The notes below the pieces were generated by a model, which was not told the origin of the DNA, made no database searches, and was given only the letters and a program-made list of their open reading frames with translations. 64,000 bases of DNA, taken from an uncultured Gemmatimonadota bacterium. GTDB lineage: Bacteria; JAAXHH01. Each line of letters opens with the position of its first letter. Position 1 is the stretch's first letter. Below are positions 49,666-59,893 of this stretch, piece after piece. The stretch lies in contig OX638340.1 of NCBI GenBank assembly GCA_951812955.1, positions 1,408,001-1,472,000 on the forward strand. Reading direction: 5' to 3'. The translations under genes and the position numbers were made by a program.

Positions 49666-51621
49666 TCAGTTCGCCGCCCGGACGGTCCGGGCGATTTCAT
49701 CTTCCATCGCGTCGATGAGGGCGTCAACCGACATGTTCCCCTGGTCTCCCGAGCCATGGCGGCGTACGGATACGTCGCCTGCTTCCACCTCGCGAGCGCC
49801 GGCAATGGCCATGAAGGGGATCTTCTTCGTCTCCGCTTCGCGGATTTTGTACCCGACCTTCTGGTTTCTCACGTCCGTTTCGACCCGGAGCCCGGCGTCC
49901 TCGAGCCTGCTTGCCACCCGGCGGACGTACTCGGCCTGGTGTTCAGATATGGCAATTACGATCGCCTGGACCGGCGCCAGCCAGGTCGGGAACGCGCCGG
50001 CACAGTGCTCTATGTACACGCCGAGGAACCGTTCCAGGCTTCCGAGTATGGCGCGGTGGATCATGACGGGACGGGCGGGTTTGCCGGATTCGGTGACGTA
50101 TTCCAGTTCGAACAGTTCGGGCATGTTGAAATCCAGCTGGCAAGTGCCCAGTTGCCAGGGGCGCTGCAGGGCGTCTTTCACGAAGAAATCCACTTTCGGT
50201 CCGTAGAAAGCCGCCTCGCCCGGCGCCACCTCGTAGTCGACACCCAGGCTGTCCAGCACGCAGGCCAGGGTCTCCTCCGCCTGGTCCCACAATTCGTCGG
50301 AACCGGCGCGCTTTTCCGATCGGGTGGACAGGTAAATGCTGGTGTCCTCGAACCCAAGCGTGGTATAGGCCTCCCGCAACATCTTGATGAAATCGTCGAC
50401 TTCGTCCCGGATCTGATCGGGACGGCAGAAGATGTGGGCGTCGTCCTGCGAAAAGGAGCGCACCCGCATCAGGCCGGCCGTCACCCCGGATCGTTCGTGC
50501 CGGTGCAGCCGGGCGAAATCCGCGTATCGGATCGGCAGATCCCGGTAGGAATGGTGACCCGCCGCGTACATGAGGCAGTGGCTGGGACAGTTCATCGGTT
50601 TCGGCGCGTATTCCCGGTCGTCGGCATCGATGGTGAACATCTCGTCCCAGAAATGCTCATAATGCCCGGAGGTCTTCCACAGCCCTGCTTCGTAGATCAG
50701 CGGGGTGATGACTTCGTCGTAACCGTACCTTCTGTACAGATCGCGGACGTAATCAGTCAGGGAGTTATAGACCCGGGCGCCATTCGGGAAGAAGAATGGA
50801 GACGCCGGCGCGTGGGGATGAAACATGAACAACCCGAGCTGCCTGCCCAGTTTGCGGTGGTCCCGCCGCTCGGCCTCGGCGCGCCTTTCCAGGTACGCGT
50901 CCAGGTCTTTCCGCCGGGGATAGGAGACGCCGTATATCCGCTGGAGGCTCTGGTTGTTCTCGTCGCCGTGCCAGTACGCGGCCGCGACGTTGAGCAGCTT
51001 GAAAGCCTTGATCTTTCCGGTCGACGGGATGTGCGGACCCCGGCACAGGTCGATGAAATCCCCCTGCTCATAGATGCTGATCACATCGTCAGCGGCGAGG
51101 TCGTCGATCATCTCGACCTTGTAGGCCTCGCCCCGTTCGGTAAAAAGGGTTCGCGCATCCTCGCGGGAGAGTTCGCGCCGCCGGATGGGCATGTCCGCCC
51201 GGGACAGCTCGGTCATGCGGCCTTCGATTCGCTCGAGATCCTCGGCCGTGAACGGTTCCGGCGTGTCGAAGTCGTAATAGAAGCCCTCCTCGATCGGCGG
51301 ACCGATAGTCAACCGCGCTTCGGGGAACAGTTGCTTCGTAGCCTGGGCCATCAGGTGCGTGGTACTGTGCCAGTACACCTCCCGGCCCTCGGGATTGCTG
51401 AAGGTCAGCACCTCCAGGGAAACGTCTCTTTCCAGCCGGTGATCCAGGTCGACCTGGGCGCCGTCGATCTTGGCCGCGAGCGCAGCCTTACCCAGACCGG
51501 GACCGATGCGCTCCACCGCGTCCATGACCGTCGAACCCGGATCCAATTCGATGTGACCGCCGTCGGGAAGAGTGATCGTGACGCTTTTCAATGACTGACT
51601 CCTGGGCAGTTCCCCCTGCAC
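49666..51621 (-). CDS. thrS: threonine--tRNA ligase
   Basis: TGS domain, editing domain, class II core, anticodon-binding domain. True start may lie ~13 codons downstream (VTITLPDG). Confidence 0.9.
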   Translation of the reverse strand: MQGELPRSQSLKSVTITLPDGGHIELDPGSTVMDAVERIGPGLGKAALAAKIDGAQVDLDHRLERDVSLEVLTFSNPEGREVYWHSTTHLMAQATKQLFPEARLTIGPPIEEGFYYDFDTPEPFTAEDLERIEGRMTELSRADMPIRRRELSREDARTLFTERGEAYKVEMIDDLAADDVISIYEQGDFIDLCRGPHIPSTGKIKAFKLLNVAAAYWHGDENNQSLQRIYGVSYPRRKDLDAYLERRAEAERRDHRKLGRQLGLFMFHPHAPASPFFFPNGARVYNSLTDYVRDLYRRYGYDEVITPLIYEAGLWKTSGHYEHFWDEMFTIDADDREYAPKPMNCPSHCLMYAAGHHSYRDLPIRYADFARLHRHERSGVTAGLMRVRSFSQDDAHIFCRPDQIRDEVDDFIKMLREAYTTLGFEDTSIYLSTRSEKRAGSDELWDQAEETLACVLDSLGVDYEVAPGEAAFYGPKVDFFVKDALQRPWQLGTCQLDFNMPELFELEYVTESGKPARPVMIHRAILGSLERFLGVYIEHCAGAFPTWLAPVQAIVIAISEHQAEYVRRVASRLEDAGLRVETDVRNQKVGYKIREAETKKIPFMAIAGAREVEAGDVSVRRHGSGDQGNMSVDALIDAMEDEIARTVRAAN

Positions 51622-51711
51622 CGCATGGGCTTTCTACATACCGGAACAAACAGATAAAAATAACGTGCGCACCGGGTATTGTCAATAAAATTACCGCTTT
51701 ACGGAAACCCC

Positions 51712-53169
51712 TCAGCGTTCAAACAGGCTGCCCATCATATCGCTGTAGGAACGCCGGCCGGCGGCGACGTTCTTGCTGATCCTGGAATGCTGGTGAAGGC
51801 CCTCCAGCAGGAACTCCATTACAAGAGCGAGTTCCGCCCGGCTTTGCGTACCGACGTGCGCGGCGGCCAGCTTCCGCAATCCGCCGACACCGTTCAGCGC
51901 GCCGTAATAAGATTTGTCGTCCATGGTGTCCGAAATCTCGACTGTTTTTCCCTCTTCGAACCAGGCGAGGATTTCCTGGTAGCACGCGCCGCGTTCGTCG
52001 TCCTCGCCGTAAACCGCGGGGAAGTAGCTTTCGAAGACTTCTTTCACGGCCCGTCCGATCAGCGCCTCGGCCACTTTGACCTCGCCCTCCTGTTCGCCCT
52101 CGTACACGAGTTCGAGCTTGCCGGTCATCGCGGGTATCACGGCGGATAGATCGCACATGCGGGGCACGACGGACCGTTCGCCCTGCAATACACATCGTTT
52201 TTCGACCTGGCTGACCAGGTTCTCCATGGCGGCGATGGTCATGCGCGTGCTCACGCCGGAAGTCTGGTCGATGAACTCGCTGCCCCGGGCCTGGAATGCA
52301 ATCTCTTCCACCGTTTCGCGCAGAAAGTGCGGCATGTCGACGCGTACGCCGCCGGGCCGGTCGGTCCAGGCCTCGCGGTCGGTTATGGCCATGGCGTATT
52401 CGCGGTTGACCGGGTAATGGGTGAGGATCTGCGAATCGATCCGGTCCTTTAGCGGGGTGATGATGGTGCCCCGGTTGGTATAGTCCTCCGGGTTCGCCGA
52501 AAAGACGATCAACACGTCCAGTGGGATCCGTACGGGAAATCCCCGGATCTGGATGTCCTTTTCTTCCATGATATTCAGCAGGCCGACCTGGATGCGGGGC
52601 TGCAGGTCGGGCAATTCGTTCACGGCGAAAATGCCGCGGTTCATCCGCGGGATAATGCCGAAATGGATCACGCCCTCATGGGCGTAGTGAAGACGCTGGG
52701 AGGCCGCCTTGATCGGGTCGATGTCGCCGATCAAATCGGAAATGGTCACGTCCGGCGTGGCGAGTTTCTCGCCATAGCGCCGCGACCGGCCGATCCATTC
52801 GATGGGCGTGCCGTCTCCGTGCTCGGTCACTAGGTCCCGCGCGCTCCGACTGACAGGCGCGAAGGGCGAACTGTTGATTTCGCAGCCCGCGATCACCGGC
52901 ATGTATTCGTCGAGTAGCGAGACCAGGGATCTTAGGATGCGGGTCTTTGCCTGACCGCGCAGGCCGAGGAGAATGAAGTCGTGCCGGGACAGGATCGCGT
53001 TGACCAGCTCGGGGACAACGGTCTTGTCATACCCTACAATGCCGGGAAAGACCTGCTCGCCGCTGGAGAGTTTGGCCAACAGGTTGTCCCGCATCTCGTC
53101 CTTGACAGTTCGCTGCGGATAACCCATGCCGCGCAGCGCACCGATGGTCGTGGCAGCGGTGTAGTCCAT
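51712..53169 (-). CDS. AAA+ ATPase of the Mg-chelatase ChlI/BchI-like family (degenerate Walker A GLRGQAKT)
   Basis: GIVGYDKTVVPELVNAILSRHDFILLGLRGQAKTRIL...PVIAGCEINSSP pattern parallels BchI N-domain. No adjacent vWA partner. Confidence 0.55.
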   Translation of the reverse strand: MDYTAATTIGALRGMGYPQRTVKDEMRDNLLAKLSSGEQVFPGIVGYDKTVVPELVNAILSRHDFILLGLRGQAKTRILRSLVSLLDEYMPVIAGCEINSSPFAPVSRSARDLVTEHGDGTPIEWIGRSRRYGEKLATPDVTISDLIGDIDPIKAASQRLHYAHEGVIHFGIIPRMNRGIFAVNELPDLQPRIQVGLLNIMEEKDIQIRGFPVRIPLDVLIVFSANPEDYTNRGTIITPLKDRIDSQILTHYPVNREYAMAITDREAWTDRPGGVRVDMPHFLRETVEEIAFQARGSEFIDQTSGVSTRMTIAAMENLVSQVEKRCVLQGERSVVPRMCDLSAVIPAMTGKLELVYEGEQEGEVKVAEALIGRAVKEVFESYFPAVYGEDDERGACYQEILAWFEEGKTVEISDTMDDKSYYGALNGVGGLRKLAAAHVGTQSRAELALVMEFLLEGLHQHSRISKNVAAGRRSYSDMMGSLFER

Positions 53170-53357
53170 GTGCTCCCGGGAGTCCGTAAAGGGTTGGTTT
53201 CGAGGGGAGATTCCGTAGGTAGGGATATCCCATTCGACAGTCGACGGATTCTATCGCGCAAAGCCCGTTCTGTCAACAGTTTTTTGGATTCTCCCGCGCG
53301 CCGGCGCACCGTCTTTTCGTTTGACTTCACAGGGCTCCAGGGCTAAGTTGTAAGGTC

Positions 53358-54329
53358 ATGAAGAACCCGATCCACGCAGCGCTCATCGCGTTGCTGGCCG
53401 TCGCGCTGATTGCCGCGGGGCTGGTGGAAATACGCTGGCACGTCATCGAACGGTTCATCGGCGCGTACATGGACGCCCGCAACGATTCCCGCGAACGGCT
53501 GGAGCGGTTTGTCGACCAGGAAAGCCGGACCACCCAGGCGCTGGAGCACGCAAACCGGCTGATCGAAGAGCGCAGCCAGGTAGCGTCGGACGCGGTGGAG
53601 GAACCCGCACGGCGGGACACCCGGTCCGGTTCGCCGTCCGATGTAGTCCGGCTGGAACGCGGTCACAAACTGATTATGACCCGGGACCGGTTCCTCGAAA
53701 TCCCCCGATGGTTCACCGGGTTCGGTCATCCGCCCGCGGCGCAGTCCGGCACAATGTCGAGCGGCCAGCCGCATGTACCGCCTGCCTCGCAGGCTGATTT
53801 GACGTCTTCTTCGGGGGCTGACTTGACGTCTTCCGCGCGGGCTGATTTGACGTCTTCCGCGCGGGCTTCATTACTCTCCCGGTCGCCTTCGGAATCCGAC
53901 CCCGATTTCCTGGAAGACTGGACGCACACGGTCGTCATCCGGCCCGGGTGGATCCGCAAGGGCGAGGCCTACATGGTGGACGACGACAATTACATCCTGC
54001 ACCGGATGCCGATATCTGTCGAGCAATTCGATATCATTGACGCCTACGCCGCGGCGTCCGAAGGACAGATGCACGAAGGCATTGAGCACGTGTTCGGCCC
54101 CGAGGAGTTTTTCGAGACACTGCGGAGCCTGGACATGGAAATGCGTGACGAGATCATCAATCCGCTGCGTTTCAGGGACCTGGAAACCACCGCGCAGCGG
54201 GTAGGGGTATCGGAGGGTCAGCGGATCATCCAGATCGAGCGGTTGATAGACGGCCGGATCGACGTGGTCACCATTCCGGTATCCGCGGACCTGTTCGTGG
54301 AACTGTACGTGGCGCTCGGAGCGCTTTGA
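53358..54329 (+). CDS. hypothetical N-terminally membrane-anchored protein with internal ADLTSS repeats
   Basis: TM helix HAALIALLAVALIAAGLV. 27-bp DNA repeat x3 at ~53790-53870 encodes (Q/G/R)ADLTSS(S/A). Directly precedes PBP1A. Confidence 0.5.
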   Translation: MKNPIHAALIALLAVALIAAGLVEIRWHVIERFIGAYMDARNDSRERLERFVDQESRTTQALEHANRLIEERSQVASDAVEEPARRDTRSGSPSDVVRLERGHKLIMTRDRFLEIPRWFTGFGHPPAAQSGTMSSGQPHVPPASQADLTSSSGADLTSSARADLTSSARASLLSRSPSESDPDFLEDWTHTVVIRPGWIRKGEAYMVDDDNYILHRMPISVEQFDIIDAYAAASEGQMHEGIEHVFGPEEFFETLRSLDMEMRDEIINPLRFRDLETTAQRVGVSEGQRIIQIERLIDGRIDVVTIPVSADLFVELYVALGAL

Positions 54330-54361
54330 TCCGTCTGTCGTGGACGGACCGGGATTCGACG

Positions 54362-56845
54362 ATGAACTTCTTTCGAAACCTGCTTGATAGACTCGTGAAC
54401 ATAACCTGGAGGCATCGCGTCCGAACTTTCCTCGCGAAACGCCCGTTCGGATTCCTGTCGGATCGCTTCCGGGAATTCCTGGTGAAAGTGTTACGGAGCT
54501 TCCGGCGGATGCGCCTACGCAGGTCCGGGGGCGGCGGCATGCAAGGGTCCGTGGGCGGCGGCCTGCAAAGCACGGTGGAGGAACGTCGGGGAGGCCCGGG
54601 CGGGCGTTCAAGCAGATTCTTCAGGTGGACGTTTTACGGGGTTTCCGCCGCGTTGCTGACCGGCACGCTTGTGGCCGCCGTATTGTTGTTCTACTTCACT
54701 GTGCCGTCCATTCCCCGCCTTCCGAACGACCTGAACGACATCTTCGGACAGATGACCAGGATCTACGCCTACGACCGGGAAGGCAATCCCCGTCTGGTCC
54801 ATACCCTGGGCGGACATCGCCGGGTCGCCCTTGAGGAGATCGCGCCGTATTTCCGGGACGCGATCATCGCCACAGAGGATGCCGATTTCTATAATCACCG
54901 TGGCGTGGACAAACCCGGCATCGTACGGGCGTTCATAACCAATCTCACGGAAGGTCAGATCCTTGGCCAGGGCGCCAGCACGATCACCCAGCAACTGGCA
55001 CGGCACCTCTTCTTTACCCGCGAGAAGATGTGGATACGCAAGATCAGGGAAGCCCTGGCTTCGATGCAGATAGAGGAGAGATTCAGCAAGGACGAGATCC
55101 TCTCGGCCTACTGCAACAACATGTATTTCGGCGCTGACGCCTATGGCGTGGAAGAGGCCGCGCAGCGATTCTTCAGCAAGCGCGCCGGAGCGCTCACGCT
55201 GGGTGAATCCGCGCTGCTCGCCGGACTGGTCCAGCGGCCGAGCGATTACAATCCCTACTATCGCATGGACCGGGCGCTCAGCCGCAGGGAGACCGTATTC
55301 CGGCGCATGATGGAAAACGGGTACATCACGGAGGAGGAGGTCGCACGGGCCCGTGAGGAGGAGTTGGAACTCAAAGGAACGAGCATCGGTCCGGCCAGGG
55401 GGCCGTACTACCTCGATTACGTCGAGGAACTTCTTCTTCGAAGGTTCGACAGCAACCTGGTTTACAACGGTGGACTGACGGTCTACGTCGCCATGGACCT
55501 CGACCTGCAGGATCTTGCCGAGGAAGTCATCACCAACCGGATGGTTTACGTGGACTCGCTGGTCGGCGATCCGGCGTACGATATGGCTTCGGCGGAAGAG
55601 AAGAAGCGGGCCCTCGAAGCGGCGCTGGTCGCCATCGACCCGCGGACCGGTGCGGTGCGGGCCCTGGCCGGGGGCCGGGACTACACGGTGAGCGAATTCA
55701 ACCGTGCCGTCGAAAGCAACCGGCAACCGGGGTCCGGCTTCAAGCCGATCGTCTACCTGGCAGCGCTGGACCACCTGGGTTATTCCGCCAACACGGTCGT
55801 CGTGGACGAACCCGTGGCCTATACCACCGAACTGGGAGATCTCTGGGAACCGCAGAACTTCACCCGGGAGTACGAAGGCCCCGTCATCCTGAAGCGGGCC
55901 TTCATGCGTTCGATCAACGTGGTCTCCGCGAAACTGGTAAGCGAAGTCGGTCCATCGAAGGTCATCGAGTACGCCCGCCGCCTGGGCATCACCAGCACGC
56001 TGCAGCCCATACTTTCCCTGGCACTGGGCACAAACGGAGTCTCGCCGCTGGAGATGGCTTCCGCCTATTCCGTATTTGCCACAGGCGGGGTCTACCACAA
56101 GCCTTACATCATCACCCGCGTGGAGGATTCCGAGGGCAGGGTGATCGAGGAAGCCGAACCGGAATCGCGCCGCGTGATCAGCGAACAGGCAGCGTACCTG
56201 ATGCTCGACCTCCTGCGCGGGGTCATTCTTGGCGGTACGGGCTCGAGCATACGCTATCGGTACGGGTTCACCGAACCGAGTGGCGGTAAGACCGGGACGT
56301 CAAGCGAATCCAGGGACGTGTGGTTCAACGGTTTCACGAAAGATCTCGCGACTTCCGTATGGGTAGGATACGACGATGCCCGCCCCCTCCTGTCGATCGA
56401 GGAGGACGAAGAGATTACTGGCGCTTCGGGCGCCATACCCGTCTGGGCCAGATTCATGAAACAGGCCACGGTGCTGCAGGAGCAGCGTGAGGTCCGGGCA
56501 CGGTTGGCGGCGGCGGATTCCACGCACGGCCAACCTGGGGGCGGCAACGGGAACGAGACCGGACCGGATGCGGTAGAGGAGATGGCATCAGACGAAACGG
56601 CGGAAACGCTACCGGCCTTCCCCATGCCACTGGGCATCGAAAAAATCCGGGTCGATATCCGCACGGGTCAGTTGTCCCGGGATCCGGAGCACTCCCTGAC
56701 CGTGACCGTCCGTGGCACGAACCCCAGGGAAAGGCCGGACATTATTCCGCCAGGCGGTGACGAACCGGAAGAAACCAGTTCGACGGATCCGCCGGCGCAG
56801 GCAGAACCGCCGGGACAGGCCGGACGGGCGGCACAGGAGAGGTAG
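54362..56845 (+). CDS. penicillin-binding protein 1A (bifunctional glycosyltransferase/transpeptidase)
   Basis: GT51 motifs (EDADFYNHRG, GASTITQQ). Transpeptidase motifs SGFKP, SIN and KTGT. Pro/Glu-rich C-terminal tail. Confidence 0.9.
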   Translation: MNFFRNLLDRLVNITWRHRVRTFLAKRPFGFLSDRFREFLVKVLRSFRRMRLRRSGGGGMQGSVGGGLQSTVEERRGGPGGRSSRFFRWTFYGVSAALLTGTLVAAVLLFYFTVPSIPRLPNDLNDIFGQMTRIYAYDREGNPRLVHTLGGHRRVALEEIAPYFRDAIIATEDADFYNHRGVDKPGIVRAFITNLTEGQILGQGASTITQQLARHLFFTREKMWIRKIREALASMQIEERFSKDEILSAYCNNMYFGADAYGVEEAAQRFFSKRAGALTLGESALLAGLVQRPSDYNPYYRMDRALSRRETVFRRMMENGYITEEEVARAREEELELKGTSIGPARGPYYLDYVEELLLRRFDSNLVYNGGLTVYVAMDLDLQDLAEEVITNRMVYVDSLVGDPAYDMASAEEKKRALEAALVAIDPRTGAVRALAGGRDYTVSEFNRAVESNRQPGSGFKPIVYLAALDHLGYSANTVVVDEPVAYTTELGDLWEPQNFTREYEGPVILKRAFMRSINVVSAKLVSEVGPSKVIEYARRLGITSTLQPILSLALGTNGVSPLEMASAYSVFATGGVYHKPYIITRVEDSEGRVIEEAEPESRRVISEQAAYLMLDLLRGVILGGTGSSIRYRYGFTEPSGGKTGTSSESRDVWFNGFTKDLATSVWVGYDDARPLLSIEEDEEITGASGAIPVWARFMKQATVLQEQREVRARLAAADSTHGQPGGGNGNETGPDAVEEMASDETAETLPAFPMPLGIEKIRVDIRTGQLSRDPEHSLTVTVRGTNPRERPDIIPPGGDEPEETSSTDPPAQAEPPGQAGRAAQER

Positions 56846-56852
56846 CCCGGGC

Positions 56853-56900
56853 GGACCAGGCGGACCAGGCGGACCAAGCGGACCAGGCGGACCAGTTAAT
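56853..56900. repeat. 9-bp tandem repeat (ggcggacca) x5 immediately after the PBP1A stop
   Basis: Direct reading. Confidence 0.85.
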
Positions 56901-56943
56901 CGATCGGGCTAGTGTGGGATGACTGGGGAGGCTTCGAAGAGGA

Positions 56944-57219
56944 TCAGTTCCCGCGCGGAAGATCAGGCCCCGTCCGGTTGCGGTCTATCGCATCCCGGAC
57001 CGCGGGGATAAGGAACACGTTATCCAGTGGAAATTCTGCGAAAGCGCGGCCGAGGAGATTGATCCGGCTGTCCGTGTCCAGCCGCTTGTTAATCACGATA
57101 TGGTACCTGTCGCGGTAACGGCACAGCCCGCCGTCTCCATCCAGCTTGCCATAACGGACTCTGATCGACATCCGTTCCGCCAGGTCTTCAAATTCCTGCA
57201 ATAGTGTCATACTGTCCAT
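56944..57219 (-). CDS. small hypothetical protein
   Basis: ~91 aa from MDSMTLLQEF. AT-richer leader upstream. No family assigned. Confidence 0.3.
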   Translation of the reverse strand: MDSMTLLQEFEDLAERMSIRVRYGKLDGDGGLCRYRDRYHIVINKRLDTDSRINLLGRAFAEFPLDNVFLIPAVRDAIDRNRTGPDLPRGN

Positions 57220-57540
57220 GTCGCATTCGGAGGCCAGGCCAATCGTCAAAGTCCGCGGGGCTTGAGATCTCCCGGAAAACGCGGACCGGATTCCGATTCG
57301 CACGTCGCTGTTACACTTCGCTTTAATGAATTGTAACATATACCCGACGCCCCGTAGGGTCAAGTACCGATGTACCGCCGCATGAACGGGGCCATCTGCC
57401 TCAGCCCTGGCAAACGAGGGTCCGGGGAGCCTGTTCCGGCGGGCTGCGGGAATCAAAAAAAACTTGACACAGAGCGGCTGGACTCTGATATTTTCGGTGA
57501 AATTCGAGGCACTGTCCTCGAATGGTTCGCGCAGTATCAG

Positions 57541-57611
57541 CGGGAGTAGCTCAGCGGTAGAGCATCACCTTGCCAAGGTGAGGGTCGCGGGTTCAAGCCC
57601 CGTCTCCCGCC
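57541..57611 (+). tRNA. tRNA-Gly (GCC)
   Basis: GCGGGAG acceptor stem, TAGCTCAGCGGTAGAGC D-arm, anticodon loop TTGCCAA, GGTTCAAGCCC T-arm. Confidence 0.9.
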
Positions 57612-57620
57612 CTCGGACGT

Positions 57621-57691
57621 GGCGGCATAGCCAAGTGGCTAAGGCACGGGACTGCAAATCCTCGATCGCCGGTTCGAATCCGGCTGCCGCC
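57621..57691 (+). tRNA. tRNA-Cys (GCA)
   Basis: GGCGGCA acceptor stem, anticodon loop CTGCAAA, GGTTCGAATCC T-arm. Followed by T-rich tract. Confidence 0.85.
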
Positions 57692-57731
57692 TTGCTTTTT
57701 CTTTTCTCTCCTCAGAATGCGTATCGTCGGA

Positions 57732-58424
57732 TTAAAACCTCACCTGGGCGCCCAAAACAACTCTTCGGGCATTACCCTGACCATAACGAAAATCTAAGAA
57801 TGGGACGTACGATATCCCCCTGAATTGGGAAACCGGCAGGTTCTCCCAAGTTTCTGACTTAAATACCCTGCCAGCCATTGCACCGGGCAGCCCGCCGACT
57901 AGTTGGCCCAGGATTGTATAACCGATCCAGTCACCTTTTCCCCAGTCTTCATCGGCAAAAGTAAGAAATACTGCCGCAGTGCCCAAACCCGCTCCAATGA
58001 GGTATCCCTTTCCGATGTTACTTTGCTTTCCTGCACTTCGTTCAAGCCGCGTAACTTCATTGTAGTTAAATCGCTGGATACCGCTCACACCACCACGGTC
58101 AAGTTCAAATCCTTCCGGGTCGACTCGAATGACACTTCCCGTCACCCGGTTGTTTTGATGAGTCACACGAATTCGCTGCCCTGAGTAACGATTGAATGCT
58201 ACCATCGGCCCTTTGGTGATCCTGTCGATCTCTTCCATGGAAAAAACAAACAAGTTCCCGTCTCGTGTTTCCAGTTTGACGGATTCACCAGGGATCTGTT
58301 CAACGATTACCCCCTTAATGATACTCCCATTCTTCAAGTACACGATGTCATCATTCTGCTGAGCTTGCACTTCCTCGGAAACACATAACAAGGCAACGAA
58401 CGCGATAGAAATAAACCGTAACAT
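57732..58424 (-). CDS. hypothetical secreted protein (low-GC patch downstream of tRNAs)
   Basis: Signal peptide MLRFISIAFVALLCVSEEVQAQ. ~47% GC. No family assigned. Confidence 0.5.
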   Translation of the reverse strand: MLRFISIAFVALLCVSEEVQAQQNDDIVYLKNGSIIKGVIVEQIPGESVKLETRDGNLFVFSMEEIDRITKGPMVAFNRYSGQRIRVTHQNNRVTGSVIRVDPEGFELDRGGVSGIQRFNYNEVTRLERSAGKQSNIGKGYLIGAGLGTAAVFLTFADEDWGKGDWIGYTILGQLVGGLPGAMAGRVFKSETWENLPVSQFRGISYVPFLDFRYGQGNARRVVLGAQVRF

Positions 58425-58834
58425 AGTATCTCCATATTGGGATAGTCTCGCCTTGTTGCGAATGGGTTTAGACCTTATGTATTGTATTGACCTGGTTATA
58501 AAAAAGACTCCTTTCTCCTTAATTTGTTTTCAATATCGAACTATAGTACCGTTTCATTGTGGTGAAAAGCAATAACTGCGTTGTTGAAAATCTACACTCG
58601 CTTGTCGTATAATCCTGACTTGGACGAGAACGGACCAACCATTCTACCAGGAACAAACCACCCCAATACGCGTCGATAGGCGACTGCGAGACCTGCCCGA
58701 AGAGCTCGTTGACGCTTTCATACGGGCAGCAGTCGGAAGCACTCCCCAGGGCCGTCAGCCATCGGCGCAACGACGTGGAGGCCGGCATCTTTCATTTGTT
58801 TTGTGCAAGGTAGAAGCCGGGATTATCTTATAGC

Positions 58835-59842
58835 ATGGCCGAGATCGATTGGGTTCGACGAATCTACAGTGACGGCTGGCACAACGCCTTCACGGATTTC
58901 CAGCAATTCAAGGGCCGGTATTACGTTTGTTTTCGCAACGGCCTTTCCCACGTGAGCCCCGAGGGGAAGGCGGTGGTGATCGCCAGCGACGACCTGGCCG
59001 GCTGGTCGCGAGCCGGCGTACCGGTCAACACGCCGGGCGACGACCGGGATCCACACATGGTCGCGACCGAAGACAGGTTGTTTGTCTACGCCGGAAGCGT
59101 CACCCGTCCCGACCCTGGACTTACCGGCAACGACGTGGTCCGTGTTATTCGGACCCATGGTGTCTACACTCAGGACGGGGAGACCTGGTCCGATCCCGTC
59201 AAAGTCTACCGGGACGGATTCTGGTTGTGGGGTGTTGGGCGTGGAAATGACCGGTTCTACGGGCTCGCCTATGGAAACGTATCTACGGAAGGGAGTCGGA
59301 AACCGCCCGAGCTTCACCTCGTGCAGTCTACCGACGGGCTGGACTGGGAGCTTGTTTCCGTAGTCACGAAAAACGGGAGTGAGGCCACCTTCCGGATCAC
59401 CGCTAACGGCTCGATGCGCGTAGCCATCCGGGGCGGCGACGAGAATCGGTTCACCCTGGCCACCGCAAGACCCCCGTACACAGACTGGAGTCTTCAGGAC
59501 TTCGGTGAAGTGATCCCGTCACCGTTTCTTGTGGAAGTCGGCGGTGCCGAATACGTGATCGGCCGACAACACGTGCGCGGTCCAGGCGGTCCGGACGATC
59601 CAGGCGATCCGGCGGTCCGCGACCACATTGTCGACAGGCGGACGAGCATCTGGCGGGTGGAGAGCGGCGGAATCGTCCATGTCCTGGATCTGCCTTCCGG
59701 GGGCGACACCTCCTATGCGGGAGTCGTCCAGCAGGAAGACGGATCGCTGCTGATCAGCTACTATTCGCAGCACGAGGTGGAGATAGGTGAGAAACACTAT
59801 CTCTACCCAGCCAACATATATATGGTCCGGGTCAGGCTGTGA
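58835..59842 (+). CDS. BNR/sialidase-like beta-propeller protein (glycoside hydrolase-like)
   Basis: Repeated beta-strand blocks. Resembles exo-alpha-sialidase/BNR-repeat-like family proteins. No signal peptide seen. Confidence 0.45.
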   Translation: MAEIDWVRRIYSDGWHNAFTDFQQFKGRYYVCFRNGLSHVSPEGKAVVIASDDLAGWSRAGVPVNTPGDDRDPHMVATEDRLFVYAGSVTRPDPGLTGNDVVRVIRTHGVYTQDGETWSDPVKVYRDGFWLWGVGRGNDRFYGLAYGNVSTEGSRKPPELHLVQSTDGLDWELVSVVTKNGSEATFRITANGSMRVAIRGGDENRFTLATARPPYTDWSLQDFGEVIPSPFLVEVGGAEYVIGRQHVRGPGGPDDPGDPAVRDHIVDRRTSIWRVESGGIVHVLDLPSGGDTSYAGVVQQEDGSLLISYYSQHEVEIGEKHYLYPANIYMVRVRL

Positions 59843-59893
59843 GCCCGAATGAGGTGACGCCATGAACACGAACAGGGTCCTCGATCCACGTAC

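Noticed and set aside
57464-57823. 119-aa ORF spanning the tRNA-Gly and tRNA-Cys genes
   Set aside because: Reads straight through two well-formed tRNA cloverleaves; not coding.
58519-58788. 89-aa ORF in the AT-rich spacer downstream of the tRNA pair
   Set aside because: No SD, composition atypical, overlaps a promoter-like region; treated as non-coding.
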